Shown here: positions 1 through 10,742 of the stretch, in pieces
How positions within the stretch are numbered: the stretch's first letter is position 1
Layout of the letters: the number at the start of each line of letters is the position of its first letter
From: an uncultured Bacilli bacterium
Lineage (GTDB): Bacteria; Bacillota_I; Bacilli_A; RF39; UBA660
Reading direction: 5' to 3'
Assembly: GCA_944332475.1 (NCBI GenBank)
Contig: CALVKA010000002.1
Location: forward strand, 449-64,448
Length of the DNA: 64,000 nt
Position numbers and translations under genes: made by a program
The notes under the pieces: model-generated
Told to the model about the DNA's origin: nothing
Seen by the model: only the letters and a program-made list of their open reading frames with translations
The model's database searches: none

Positions 1-3000
1 TGATAGATTGTATCCATATAAGTATAATCTAGACTAAAACTATCCCAGGCAATCGGTATATTAGGTTTAAATGTTAAAGTATCACCTTTCTTTCTAAGAC
101 CAACAATTTCTTGGATACCAACATAATAATACCAACCAGCTGTACCAGTATACCAAGTCCATCCACCTCTACCAGGATAACGTTCTGCAGAATAAATATC
201 AGCAGCAACAACATAAGGCTCTACTACATATTTATTAACAGCCTCACTATCCAAACTTCGATTAACAGGATTAATCATCTGATAATAACGGAAAGCTCTA
301 TCATAATAACCCGTTTGAATAAGTGCCATAATATACCAAGAAGTAGCATGTGTATACTGTCCACCATTTTCACGTAATCCTTTAGGATAATTCATAATAT
401 ATCCTGGATTATTTAAAGATTTTTCAAAAGGTGGTGTAAGCAATTTAATAATTTTATTTTTATCATCTACTAAGTTCTCTTCTACAGCCGTAATTACTTT
501 TTGAATTCTATCTTTTAATGCAACACCACTTAAAATAGAATAACTTTGAGAAATCAAATCAATCTTACATTCTTTATTTTCATGACTTCCTAACTTATCT
601 CCATTATCGAAATAAGCTCTTAAGTAATAAGCACCATCCCAAGCCTTTTTATTTAGATTATCTTTTAATTTTTCATTAAAATCTTTAAACTCTTTTAATT
701 TAAATCTCTTATTATAAACCTTCATAAAAGACACGAATTGATCAATAACTTGATATAAGAAGAAACCTAACCAAACACTTTCACCATTTCCTTTACTACC
801 AACCTTATTCATTCCATCATTCCAATCACCACCACCCATAAGTGGTAATCCATGACTACCCAAAGAATCCATTGCCAAGTGTAAAGATGTTAAACAATGA
901 TCAAGTAAACTAACTTTCTCATCTGTATAACTGAAAGAAATACCTTTTTCTTGTTCATAATTACTAAGCTCTGGTCCAACGACATAAGGAACTTTTTCAT
1001 CCAAAATAGAATAATCATTGGTAATCTCAATATATCTACTAGTAGCATAAACAAGCCATAAATAATCATCTTTATAACGACTTCTAAGTCCAAAATGATT
1101 CTTTTCATGCCACCAATGTAGAACATCACCCTGTTCAAACTGATGAGCAGCATTAATTAAAATCTGACGTCTTGCCTGATCCGGACGAACCAAAGCAACA
1201 TTCATAGAATCTTGTAACTGATCACGATATCCGAACGCTCCACTAACTTGATAGAATCCAGCTCTTGCAAAAATACGAGAAGCAAGTGCTTGATACAAAT
1301 ACCAACCATTTACCATATAGTTAAAACTCTTATCTGGACTTTTAACATGAACAACATTTAATGTCTTTTTCCAATAATCTTTTACACGTTTTAACTCACT
1401 CTTAGCTTTTTTAACATCCGCAAATTTAGTAAGCATATCAGGAATAGTATCACTATCCATACTACTTCCAAGAACAAATACACAAGTACTCTCTTCTTTT
1501 GAATCTAAATGTAACCTTGTATGAATATCCTTAACCAAAATTTTATCGTTAATCGTAGAATCAATCTTTAAATCGGTAGACATAAAGACACATACATCAC
1601 CATAAGTAACACTATAAACATTACGAAGTTTTAAGTAATTATCATCACCCATAAACTCTGTCAAAATATGTCTTGCAGTCTTTTCTTCAAAATTTCCAAA
1701 GACTGGATTAATCCAAAAATCAATATCAACATCAACTGCTTTATCTAATTTATTAGTTAACTTAACCAAATAAAATTTAACGGTATCTTCAAAAGCTACA
1801 AACTCAGTAATTTCTTTCTTTAATTCATCATTTTCACTCTCTAAAATACTATAACCAAATCCATGTGTACATTTCATTGGATCAAAAATTTTACCATTAA
1901 ACTTAAACCCTTCTGATTTATCATTAGCAACCATATCATTGGTCCAAGAGGTAATCTTAAACTCACCTGAATTATAAGCATAAGTATATCCACAACCATT
2001 ATTTGTAACAATGGTACCAAAATTTTTATTAGCAATAACATTACTCCAAGGAGCTGGTGTATTTGGATTATAAATGACATATTCACTACCATGGTTTTTA
2101 AATCCACCATATCCATTATCAAATGTCAATCTCTCATGAGAAGTAGACTCTGTATGTGTTTCTGTTTCTACCTTTTGATAATCACTAACTTTATTATGTT
2201 GTTGTAACTCCTCTACTTCTTCCTGTAGAGAATGATGATCATGAATTGGAAAAGCAAGTCTTGCCACCATATAAAGTAGACTCTTCTCTTCACGAGTTAA
2301 TTCATTACCATCAATAACAGTAACAGAACCTGGAATATGATAAAAACTATTTAATGTATACATACGATAAAGTTCATCATCGATTTCTTTCTTAATAATC
2401 TTTGCATATTGGCTAGATTCACTATTGATAATTACAACATCTACAAAGATAGAATTATTCTTATAATATTCAAATGCTTTCAATACATCATAAACAAAAG
2501 TCAAATCTGCAATATCAGAAATTTCTACCAAAACAATTGGACGGTCTCCACTGACACCGAATTTCCAAAGACCAGATTGTCCTAACGCATTTCTTCGTAA
2601 TAAATCCATTCTCTCTTCTGTAACGGAAAGGCGCGTAGTTTGATATAAATAATCCAACATGATATTAAAGATTCTCATCTCTTTACCAGTAAGATTCATA
2701 TTCTTAGTATTAATAACATTCATCAAAGTAGAAACTTTAAATGCCTTTTCAATAGAATAATCATCGTTATAAAATGAAATAATATCATGAATTTGCTCCA
2801 TACTACGACCAAAACCGGTAATTACATAAACAGTAGTAGAACTATTTGGCAACACTTCTATCGTATTACGAATACTTAAAACTGGATCCAAATTTGTACC
2901 TGCAGTATTACTAAGTTTAACATGCATTCCTCTAGGATCTTGCATCGTTTGATTACGTCCTAAGAAATTCTTACGTTCTGTCTCATAACTATACTCATCC

Positions 3001-6000
3001 ATAGGTTCCTCAATCAACAAACGATGTAACATATAACTAGTAATATTAGTATCATTTCTACTCTTTCGACGAACAATCAAAGAATTACTATCACTTTCAT
3101 ATTTACTAGTCAAAAACATACTGTTAAATACTCTATGAGAAACATCATCCATATTTTCAGACAGAATTGGTTCTGTATAAGTAGTAAGTTCCAATCTTTT
3201 AATATCTTCACTTTCATTCTTAAAAGTTATTTTTCGAATTTCAGCATGATGATTCTTTGTAACAACAATCTCTGTCTTTGTTGTAATCTTACCATCCGTA
3301 CGTAAAAACTTGATCTTATCAGCTGCAAAAACAACTTCATACTTATCTGGTTTCTTATTCATAGGGGCATAAGTATTAGACCAAATATAATTGGTATCTA
3401 AATCTTTAACATACAAGAAAATACCATAATCTTGTTCTGTAACTTTACGATAACGATTTAATTGCAATGTACGATATCTAGAGAAACTGTCTCCCCTATC
3501 ATTCATAAGCAAACAATATTTTTTATTAGATAATACACTAACTTCTGGTAAATAAGAAATATAATTAAAGGTTCTTATATCATTTTCAATTGCTTCCTTA
3601 TCATAATCATATTTTTTATACTTAGCCATCTTCATATCAATACTAGTACGAACTTGAACTTTTTCTTTTAATAAAATATCAAATGTCTTAATATTAACAT
3701 TCTGATGAAAATAATTTTGAATAAGACCAGGTTTTAAATAATTTGCAAGTCCTACCAAACTCATTCCTTGATGATGAGCAAAGAATGCTTTAACTACTCC
3801 TCTATTATCATAATCATAAGATTCATAGAATCCATAATCTCCTAACATATCTAATTTCTTAAATTTATCAAAATTTTCATAAACATCCTTAGGAAACATT
3901 GCCATTGCCATCAAAGATGCATATGGAGCAATAACAATTCTATTTTCTGTATCTTCTTTCGCTTTTAAATAAGGAGTAGAAAATGCACGATACTTATAAT
4001 TTAGAGAATTATCTAACTCATTATAAGCAGACTCACTAATACCCCATGGTAAAGATCTAGAAACACTTTCCATATAATCTTGTTGACAGAACTTTGCAAA
4101 ATGATAACTCTCATCTAATAAAGTATTAGGATAATTCTTCATAAATAGATATGGCATAAAATATTCAAAAGAAGTACCTGACCAAGAAATAAGTCCCTTT
4201 CTTCCTTTATAAGTAGTAAGAGATTTATCCAAACAGAACCAATGTTTACTTGGGGCATCCCCAAAACAAATCGTCAAATAACTAGTTAAACGAGACTCAC
4301 TAGCAAATTTATTATAGTTATAAATAGAAAGTTTACCCTCTAATTCATCATAACCAATACTAAAGACATCACGTTTTGTATATAGTTTCTTAAAGTTTGC
4401 ATTACGGATTAATTTATCACAAAGCTTGCGACTTTCTTGTTCACCATGACTCTTTAAAAACTCACGAACCACAACTAAGCTAGCAACAAAGTTACCAGAA
4501 TCAATGGTAGATACAAAACTTGGATGCATAACTTTTAAACTATTAATATCATACCAGTTATATAAATGACCATGCCACTTTTCTAAAGAATCTACTGTAC
4601 CTAAAATATGAGAAATCAAATCTTTTCCTTCTTCATAAGAAATAAACTCTAAGTCTACTGCACAAACAACACTAAGTAAAGAAAAGCCAATTCCTGTAGG
4701 AGAAGCACGTAAATCTAATTTAGGCTCCCTATTTTCTTGATAATTATCTGGAATCAAATAATGATACTCTTCTTTTAAACTATCTTTAAAATAACACCAG
4801 GTACGATAAGCGATATCTTGAACTTCTTCTACTTCTTTTTCTTTTAATTCTTTTCTCTGAGGATCTATATCACGACTGACATAATATAACAAGAATGGTG
4901 CCGTAATAAATACAATAGCAAGTAAACAAGCATAAACATTAAAGAAAGCAAGACCAATAATTAATAAGACAAAACTAAATACCAAATGGAAAGTAAAATG
5001 TCTTAAATAACTAATAAAATCTTTATCCGCATGTTTAGCCGCATCCTCAGCAGTTACCCAGTTAAGTAAATTATTATGACTAATTAATAGACGATAACAA
5101 GTTCTAAAGAAAGCATCTAAATATAATTTTGTATAAAAAGGTAAGGTTGCTAAAACGATATAAGCTCGTAAAAACAAACTCTTTCCGCCAAACAATAAAT
5201 GTTTATAATAAACTGTTGCTTTTTCCTTTTTAGATTCTCTTTGATAAACCTTACTCTGTAAGAAGAACAAAATTGGAACCGCAATTTCTAATAAGACAAG
5301 ACCAATCCACCATAAAGGACTCGTTTTACTTGCAAAAATAGCAAACAACAATACAAGTAACAAAGTAGGATATAAAAACATACGAACAATATTATCAAAA
5401 ATTTTCCACTTACCTAATAGATTAATTGGATTTCTAACTTTCTTACCCTGTTTATTCCTAACAAATGGTAAAAGCCAGCCAATAATCTGAACATCTCCAC
5501 GTGCCCATCTATGATGTCTAGTTGTATCTGTTAAAAACTTAGATGGAAAATCATCAATTAATTCAATATCACAAACATATCCACAACGTAAATAATTACC
5601 CTCTAGTAAATCATGACTCAAAATCAAATTATCAGGAAAAACATTAGATAAAACTTGATCAAACACTTTTAAATCATAGATACCCTTACCAATAAAACTA
5701 CCTTCACCAAAAGTATCTTGATAAACATTCGGAACAATAGCACTATAGGTATCAAAACCACCAATACCAGCAAAAATTTGACTATACAAACTCTTATTAG
5801 TAGCTTCAATATCTAAACTAACTCTAGGTTGCATCAACCCGTAACCTCTAACAACTTTCGTTCCTTCTTTATTCAAAACAGGACGATTCATAGGGTGTGC
5901 CATAGCTCCAACTAAATTTAAAGCCGTATTTAATACCAAACGATTATCCTGATCCAACGTAATAACATAACGAATCTCTTCAGAAAAATCTCCTAATGTA

Positions 6001-7538
6001 TTAGCAAAGTACCAATAATCCTGTTCTTTCTTATTCATCTTTTTTAATAAAAGCTGATTAAACTGAAGCAATGCTCCACGCTTTCTTTCATGACCCAAAT
6101 AACTATTTTCATGTTCATTCCAAAAACGTTTACGATATAAAAAATAAAATAAATCTTTCTTATATTTTTTATTTAATTTTTCTGCATAAGAAACACCATA
6201 TTCTGATAATTCTTGATCAATATCTAACACTTCTTGATTACTAGCAGTAACATCACCAAGTAATGTAAAATACAAATTATCCGTTTTATTCATCAAATAA
6301 AAGGTCTCTAAGGTATCAAACATATTCTTAATTTTTTCTTTACTACCAATAATAGTCGGAATAACAACCATCGTTTTAGCCTCATCAGGAATTCCCTTAG
6401 AATAATCCAACTTTGGTAACGGATAAGTTGGTACAAACTTCATTAATATCTGATTAAAAATCTGCACAAATAACTGACTAATTGGAATTAATAACAAAAG
6501 AAAACCTAACCATCTCCAAGTAATAAAATAACTGGATAAAAAGAAACTAATACCAACAGTCGCAAAAACAACAACTAAAATATAAAGCAAAACACGAAAC
6601 ATATAATTTTTCTTAGGAAACAACTGAAATCCGATATGATACTCATTGCCATCGGCCTTATCTAATAACTCTTGTAAATAAGTAAGCTCATCCTTATGAT
6701 ACTTATTAGCTAATTTCAAAAGTTGACGACGATACAATACTTTAGATTCTGCTGTCATTTTAGAATAGACTTCATCTTCTAACAACAACTTTTCTGTTTT
6801 ACTAACCTTTTTAAATAAATCCTCTTCTGTAAATTCAAAAAATTCTTTTAAATCACCAAAAATATTAGAAATTAAAATATCATTATCAATATTCTTCTGA
6901 TATTCATTATTAATAATCTCTTTTAAACTAATTCTTTTTTCCTCTAATAATTCATTTAACTCCTTAAATAATCGATTACTTTTTGCTCCTACTGCCTTCA
7001 ACTGATTATTAATCTCGAATATATAATTAGCTTCTTCTTGAATAGAGATATGATCGCTTAAAAAATTAGACAATTCAATATCTTTTTCTTCTCTGCTTTC
7101 AATAATTCTTGCTACTTTTTCCTTATTAACTAAATTCCGATATTCTTCATGACACAAATCAGCAAGTCGTTTTGTATATAAAAATAACAAACAATTTTTT
7201 ACTCCAACAAGTTCCGGATAAGAAAAGGTAATTTTAGTCTTTTTTTGGTACTCCTTTAACTCAGAAACTAAAAGCCTAAAACTAATATTATAATTATTAC
7301 GTACAACAATTTCTTTTAAACAATAGAAAATACGATCATATTTCTTTAATTTTTTCATGATTTCTTTCTTATCATGAATAATATTAGTTTTATGCTCTAC
7401 CAACAAATAAAAATTGTCAATTAACCATTCATTTGTAATTCCTACATATTCTTTTTTCTTTGTCTTATCAACTAAAAAAGTATAATACTCATTAATATCC
7501 TCAAAATCCGTTAAAAAGTTCTTTACTAAGTTTGCCAT
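1..7538 (-). CDS. cyclic beta-1,2-glucan synthase-like giant protein (TM segments + GT84 glycosyltransferase + GH94 phosphorylase-type domain); C-terminus runs off the window
   Basis: ATG at 7538 follows AGGAGTGA plus a 7-nt spacer. The frame stays open to position 1 (about 2512 codons); the track lists no stop-bounded ORF in this frame. Hand translation gives GT84 motifs HERKRGALLQF, ITLDQDN, SHDLLEGNYLRCGY and TRHHRWARGDVQ (about 5400-6400). Hydrophobic TM stretches lie at about 4900-5400 and 6480-6620. GH94-type YQVSGAFGYRDQLQD...HQFEQGDVLHWWH lies at about 1000-1320. Confidence 0.85.
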   Translation of the reverse strand, partial: MANLVKNFLTDFEDINEYYTFLVDKTKKKEYVGITNEWLIDNFYLLVEHKTNIIHDKKEIMKKLKKYDRIFYCLKEIVVRNNYNISFRLLVSELKEYQKKTKITFSYPELVGVKNCLLFLYTKRLADLCHEEYRNLVNKEKVARIIESREEKDIELSNFLSDHISIQEEANYIFEINNQLKAVGAKSNRLFKELNELLEEKRISLKEIINNEYQKNIDNDILISNIFGDLKEFFEFTEEDLFKKVSKTEKLLLEDEVYSKMTAESKVLYRRQLLKLANKYHKDELTYLQELLDKADGNEYHIGFQLFPKKNYMFRVLLYILVVVFATVGISFFLSSYFITWRWLGFLLLLIPISQLFVQIFNQILMKFVPTYPLPKLDYSKGIPDEAKTMVVIPTIIGSKEKIKNMFDTLETFYLMNKTDNLYFTLLGDVTASNQEVLDIDQELSEYGVSYAEKLNKKYKKDLFYFLYRKRFWNEHENSYLGHERKRGALLQFNQLLLKKMNKKEQDYWYFANTLGDFSEEIRYVITLDQDNRLVLNTALNLVGAMAHPMNRPVLNKEGTKVVRGYGLMQPRVSLDIEATNKSLYSQIFAGIGGFDTYSAIVPNVYQDTFGEGSFIGKGIYDLKVFDQVLSNVFPDNLILSHDLLEGNYLRCGYVCDIELIDDFPSKFLTDTTRHHRWARGDVQIIGWLLPFVRNKQGKKVRNPINLLGKWKIFDNIVRMFLYPTLLLVLLFAIFASKTSPLWWIGLVLLEIAVPILFFLQSKVYQRESKKEKATVYYKHLLFGGKSLFLRAYIVLATLPFYTKLYLDAFFRTCYRLLISHNNLLNWVTAEDAAKHADKDFISYLRHFTFHLVFSFVLLIIGLAFFNVYACLLAIVFITAPFLLYYVSRDIDPQRKELKEKEVEEVQDIAYRTWCYFKDSLKEEYHYLIPDNYQENREPKLDLRASPTGIGFSLLSVVCAVDLEFISYEEGKDLISHILGTVDSLEKWHGHLYNWYDINSLKVMHPSFVSTIDSGNFVASLVVVREFLKSHGEQESRKLCDKLIRNANFKKLYTKRDVFSIGYDELEGKLSIYNYNKFASESRLTSYLTICFGDAPSKHWFCLDKSLTTYKGRKGLISWSGTSFEYFMPYLFMKNYPNTLLDESYHFAKFCQQDYMESVSRSLPWGISESAYNELDNSLNYKYRAFSTPYLKAKEDTENRIVIAPYASLMAMAMFPKDVYENFDKFKKLDMLGDYGFYESYDYDNRGVVKAFFAHHQGMSLVGLANYLKPGLIQNYFHQNVNIKTFDILLKEKVQVRTSIDMKMAKYKKYDYDKEAIENDIRTFNYISYLPEVSVLSNKKYCLLMNDRGDSFSRYRTLQLNRYRKVTEQDYGIFLYVKDLDTNYIWSNTYAPMNKKPDKYEVVFAADKIKFLRTDGKITTKTEIVVTKNHHAEIRKITFKNESEDIKRLELTTYTEPILSENMDDVSHRVFNSMFLTSKYESDSNSLIVRRKSRNDTNITSYMLHRLLIEEPMDEYSYETERKNFLGRNQTMQDPRGMHVKLSNTAGTNLDPVLSIRNTIEVLPNSSTTVYVITGFGRSMEQIHDIISFYNDDYSIEKAFKVSTLMNVINTKNMNLTGKEMRIFNIMLDYLYQTTRLSVTEERMDLLRRNALGQSGLWKFGVSGDRPIVLVEISDIADLTFVYDVLKAFEYYKNNSIFVDVVIINSESSQYAKIIKKEIDDELYRMYTLNSFYHIPGSVTVIDGNELTREEKSLLYMVARLAFPIHDHHSLQEEVEELQQHNKVSDYQKVETETHTESTSHERLTFDNGYGGFKNHGSEYVIYNPNTPAPWSNVIANKNFGTIVTNNGCGYTYAYNSGEFKITSWTNDMVANDKSEGFKFNGKIFDPMKCTHGFGYSILESENDELKKEITEFVAFEDTVKFYLVKLTNKLDKAVDVDIDFWINPVFGNFEEKTARHILTEFMGDDNYLKLRNVYSVTYGDVCVFMSTDLKIDSTINDKILVKDIHTRLHLDSKEESTCVFVLGSSMDSDTIPDMLTKFADVKKAKSELKRVKDYWKKTLNVVHVKSPDKSFNYMVNGWYLYQALASRIFARAGFYQVSGAFGYRDQLQDSMNVALVRPDQARRQILINAAHQFEQGDVLHWWHEKNHFGLRSRYKDDYLWLVYATSRYIEITNDYSILDEKVPYVVGPELSNYEQEKGISFSYTDEKVSLLDHCLTSLHLAMDSLGSHGLPLMGGGDWNDGMNKVGSKGNGESVWLGFFLYQVIDQFVSFMKVYNKRFKLKEFKDFNEKLKDNLNKKAWDGAYYLRAYFDNGDKLGSHENKECKIDLISQSYSILSGVALKDRIQKVITAVEENLVDDKNKIIKLLTPPFEKSLNNPGYIMNYPKGLRENGGQYTHATSWYIMALIQTGYYDRAFRYYQMINPVNRSLDSEAVNKYVVEPYVVAADIYSAERYPGRGGWTWYTGTAGWYYYVGIQEIVGLRKKGDTLTFKPNIPIAWDSFSLDYTYMDTIY

Positions 7539-7634
7539 AATCTTATCACTCCTAAAAGTGATTATATCATAAAAAGACCAACTCGCCTAGTAAAAGCACA
7601 CAAAAAAAGAGCAATAAAGCTCTTGATTTCTAAA

Positions 7635-7725
7635 TGGCGGAGTAGGAGAGATTTGAACTCTCGCGCCAGTTGCCCGACCTACACCCTTAGCAGGGGCGCC
7701 TCTTCAGCCTCTTGAGTACTACTCC
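7635..7725 (-). tRNA. tRNA-Ser(GCU): tRNA-Ser (anticodon GCU)
   Basis: Cloverleaf read by eye on the minus strand. Acceptor GGAGTAG/CTACTCC, anticodon loop CT-GCT-AA, long variable arm, encoded CCA. Confidence 0.85.
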
Positions 7726-7752
7726 ACATCTCAAATTGCATCCGCACATATA

Positions 7753-7781
7753 ATATTACATGACAACCAAGGAAAAGTCAA
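7753..7781 (-). promoter_or_regulatory. putative sigma-A promoter for tRNA-Ser(GCU)
   Basis: Minus strand reads TTGACT, 17 nt, TAATAT just upstream of the tRNA. Confidence 0.35.
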
Positions 7782-7800
7782 TATAAAATAAAGATTTTGA

Positions 7801-7823
7801 AAATAAAAAAACTCCATCGGAGT
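7801..7823 (-). terminator. weak hairpin plus U-run after tRNA-Glu
   Basis: Minus strand reads ACTCC-GAT-GGAGT followed by TTTTTTATTT. The stem is only 5 bp. Confidence 0.3.
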
Positions 7824-7834
7824 GAACTTCTAAT

Positions 7835-7911
7835 TGGTGACGGGTACGGAATTCGAATCCGTGAATGCTGCCGTGAAAGGGCAGTGTGTTAAGCCGCTTC
7901 ACCAACCCGCC
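7835..7911 (-). tRNA. tRNA-Glu(UUC): tRNA-Glu (anticodon UUC)
   Basis: Acceptor GGCGGGT/ACCCGTC, anticodon stem CTGCC/GGCAG, loop CT-TTC-AC, encoded CCA. Confidence 0.85.
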
Positions 7912-7914
7912 ATA

Positions 7915-7991
7915 TGGCGCCCCAACTAGGACTTGAACCTAGGACCCCTTGATTAACAGTCAAGTGCTCTAACCAACTGAGCTATTGAGGC
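7915..7991 (-). tRNA. tRNA-Asn(GUU): tRNA-Asn (anticodon GUU)
   Basis: D-arm TAGCTCAGTTGGTTAGAGC, anticodon stem CTTGA/TCAAG, loop CT-GTT-AA, encoded CCA. Confidence 0.85.
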
Positions 7992-7999
7992 ACTACTAA

Positions 8000-8076
<77 letters not shown>

Positions 8077-8096
8077 ATAACTAATAGTACTTATTA

Positions 8097-8125
8097 AATA
8101 TACACTATTTTTATAAAAATTGCAA
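8097..8125 (-). promoter_or_regulatory. putative sigma-A promoter of the Ile-Asn-Glu tRNA operon
   Basis: Minus strand reads TTGCAA, 17 nt, TATATT about 20 nt upstream of tRNA-Ile. Confidence 0.4.
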
Positions 8126-8186
8126 GAAAAATTTTTTCTAAATGAACTGCTTTTTCCAGTCGCAATATTAGAATACTATAAAGAAT

Positions 8187-8231
8187 AGAGGAAAGTCAAG
8201 TATTAATTGATAAATTTTATGACTTTCCTCT
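8187..8231 (-). terminator. long hairpin immediately after the P-type ATPase stop
   Basis: 12-bp arms AGAGGAAAGTCA / TGACTTTCCTCT with a 21-nt loop. T-rich flanks on both sides, so it may act in both directions. Confidence 0.45.
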
Positions 8232-8233
8232 TT

Positions 8234-10576
8234 TTATGACACTCTACTCTTCTTTTTCTTACGACGTTCTAAATAATCAATAACATTATTTTCTGTATCC
8301 TCGATTAATGCATACAAATGATGTGACATAATAATACAGATAATAATAACCAAAACCATTACAACATTAAAATGAGCAAAAGAGAATAGGTTTCGGAAAG
8401 AAAAACCTGCAATAAAAGCAATAAACATAGTAACAAATAATACTGTTCGAAGTGGATTCAATGGCAGACAAGTCTTATATAATAAAATAAAAGATGTATA
8501 ACCAGTAACCGCAACAGACAACGTAGAAGTCTCAGCATAACTAAATCCTAAAATATTACTAGCCGTAAAGACAACTACAATATTTAATACAATCGTAATT
8601 GCCGGTGGAAAAGCCCTCCGCAATACACTCGTTAAAAAGTCTCCTTTGACTCGATCATGATTCGGTTGTAATGCCAAAACAAAAGATGGAATTCCAATCG
8701 TAACGACACTTGCTAAAGTAAGTTGAATAGGAATAAAAGGATATGGCATTTCTACAAAAATAAAGCCAATTGCTAAAATAGTAGCATAAATCGTTTTAAC
8801 TAAAAATAAAGAAGCACTTCTTTCAATATTATTAATCGTTCTCCTTCCCTCAGCAACAACATGAGGCATAGAAGAAAAATTAGAATCCAACAATACCAAT
8901 TGACTGACATTTTTACTAGCATCACTACCATTCGCCATAGCAATAGAACAATCTGCTTCTTTCAAAGCTAATACATCATTAACACCATCCCCCGTCATTG
9001 CAACCGTATGACCAAGACTTTGTAAAGCCAAAATAAACTTCTTTTTCTGTTCCGGACTTACTCTACCAAAAATATCATACTTCTCTACTGCATCAATAAT
9101 TTCTTGATCACTCTTTAATGTACTAGCATCTATTTTTTTACAAGACCTTGGTAACCCTGCCCTAACAGCAATACCATAAACAGTATCAGGATTATCACCA
9201 GAAATAATCTTAATACGAACGCCTTGTTCTTTAAAATATCGAAGAGTATCAAAAGCTTCCTTACGAATCTTATCTTGTAATAATAAATAACCCAATACTT
9301 TAATACCAGAAAGCTTTTTATCTTTTGCTTGAATAAGTACTAAAACACGATAATCCTTAGCATACATATCAATTTCATCTTTATATTTTTTTATCTTACT
9401 CTTTAGCAAAAATTCTGGTGCTCCAAAAAAATAAGCACCCTCTTCATAAATAGCCCCTGAATATTTTTTCTTAGAAGAAAAAGGAATCACTTCTTTTAAA
9501 CGAAAAGTCTCCTTCTTACCAAACTTTTCTTTCAAAGCTTTTGCTGTAGGATTAGACTCATCCAAAGAAGAATTCAAATTTGCAAGAATCTCCTCGAGAG
9601 AAACGTTAGAATCTTTAAGAATAGTATCAACAACTTCCATACAACCTTCCGTAATCGTTCCTGTTTTATCTAAACAAATCGTATCTACTCTAGCCAAAGT
9701 TTCAATACAATATAAATCTTGTACTAATACTTTTCTTCGAGACAAACGGATAACACTGACAGCTAATACCGTACTAGTAAGCAACACCAATCCCTCCGGA
9801 ATCATCCCAATCAAAGCAGCAACCGTATTGACAACAGCTTGTGATACAGTATTTCCTTCCAAATACATTTGCCTAGAAAAAAGTAAAATTCCAACTGGAA
9901 CAATCAAACAAGAAATCGTAGATACAATCTTATTTAAACTACGCATAATCTCAGAAGAAATAGGTTTAATATATTTCGTATCACTAGCAATCTTAGCTGT
10001 ATAATTATCAAGACCGATATGCACAACCTGACAAGTCGCTTTTCCACTGACAATAAAACTACCAGAAACAAGCATATCGCCCTTATTTTTAAAGACCGTT
10101 TCTGCTTCTCCAGTAATAAAAGATTCATCAACCTCTACTTCACCCTCGCGAATCACACTATCTACAACAACTTGATTACCAATTTCAAAACACAAAACAT
10201 CATCTAAAACAATTTCATTAATATCTAATTTTACTTTTTCTCCATCACGAATAGAAGTAACTTTAGAACTTGCCAACACTTGAAGCTTATCTAACGTCTT
10301 TTTACTACGCAACTCTTGTACAATACTAATTAACGTATTTAAGATAATAATCATCATAAACGTTAAATTTTTAAAAGAACCAACGCAGATAACCGCAATA
10401 GCCAAAACAATATTAATCATATTAAACAACGTACATACATTTTCTCTTACAATCTGTTTGACTGACTTAGTACTTGCTTCTGTATTAAAATTAACAAGTC
10501 CCTGAGCTTTTCGTTCTTCTACTTGCTCTGTAGTAAGCCCTGTATTAATATCTGCAACAATTCTAGTTTTATTCAT
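8234..10576 (-). CDS. cation-translocating P-type ATPase (HAD superfamily, P2-like)
   Basis: 780 aa. Contains DKTGTIT phosphorylation motif, TGDGVNDVLALKEAD hinge, IPEGL motif, TGE-like FITGEAE and about 8-10 hydrophobic helices. Confidence 0.9.
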   Translation of the reverse strand: MNKTRIVADINTGLTTEQVEERKAQGLVNFNTEASTKSVKQIVRENVCTLFNMINIVLAIAVICVGSFKNLTFMMIIILNTLISIVQELRSKKTLDKLQVLASSKVTSIRDGEKVKLDINEIVLDDVLCFEIGNQVVVDSVIREGEVEVDESFITGEAETVFKNKGDMLVSGSFIVSGKATCQVVHIGLDNYTAKIASDTKYIKPISSEIMRSLNKIVSTISCLIVPVGILLFSRQMYLEGNTVSQAVVNTVAALIGMIPEGLVLLTSTVLAVSVIRLSRRKVLVQDLYCIETLARVDTICLDKTGTITEGCMEVVDTILKDSNVSLEEILANLNSSLDESNPTAKALKEKFGKKETFRLKEVIPFSSKKKYSGAIYEEGAYFFGAPEFLLKSKIKKYKDEIDMYAKDYRVLVLIQAKDKKLSGIKVLGYLLLQDKIRKEAFDTLRYFKEQGVRIKIISGDNPDTVYGIAVRAGLPRSCKKIDASTLKSDQEIIDAVEKYDIFGRVSPEQKKKFILALQSLGHTVAMTGDGVNDVLALKEADCSIAMANGSDASKNVSQLVLLDSNFSSMPHVVAEGRRTINNIERSASLFLVKTIYATILAIGFIFVEMPYPFIPIQLTLASVVTIGIPSFVLALQPNHDRVKGDFLTSVLRRAFPPAITIVLNIVVVFTASNILGFSYAETSTLSVAVTGYTSFILLYKTCLPLNPLRTVLFVTMFIAFIAGFSFRNLFSFAHFNVVMVLVIIICIIMSHHLYALIEDTENNVIDYLERRKKKKSRVS

Positions 10577-10742
10577 ACTAACACCTTACTTCTCTATAAC
10601 TATATCATAGAATAACAATTTAGAAAATTACAGTTTCGTAATATTAATGTCAATATAGATATATAATATACATCAATATAATTATTTTAATCCCACACTT
10701 TTCATCAAACGAACAAGTTAGTAATACCAACTATATTTCTTC

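Noticed and set aside
111-2122. Track ORFs 111-377(+), 890-1153(-) and 1874-2122(-) as genes
   Set aside because: They lie in other frames, entirely inside the continuous 7.5-kb glucan-synthase frame. Their Ile/Leu/Asn-rich translations are typical of off-frame AT-rich noise.
1-7538. The blank ORF track over 7.5 kb as a sign of non-coding DNA, a pseudogene or genetic code 4
   Set aside because: The frame set by ATG 7538 yields recognisable GT84/GH94 motifs wherever I translated it. Any in-frame stop would have produced a listed sub-ORF. Long intact genes elsewhere (valS, infB) show the standard code. The ORF is simply unterminated within the window.
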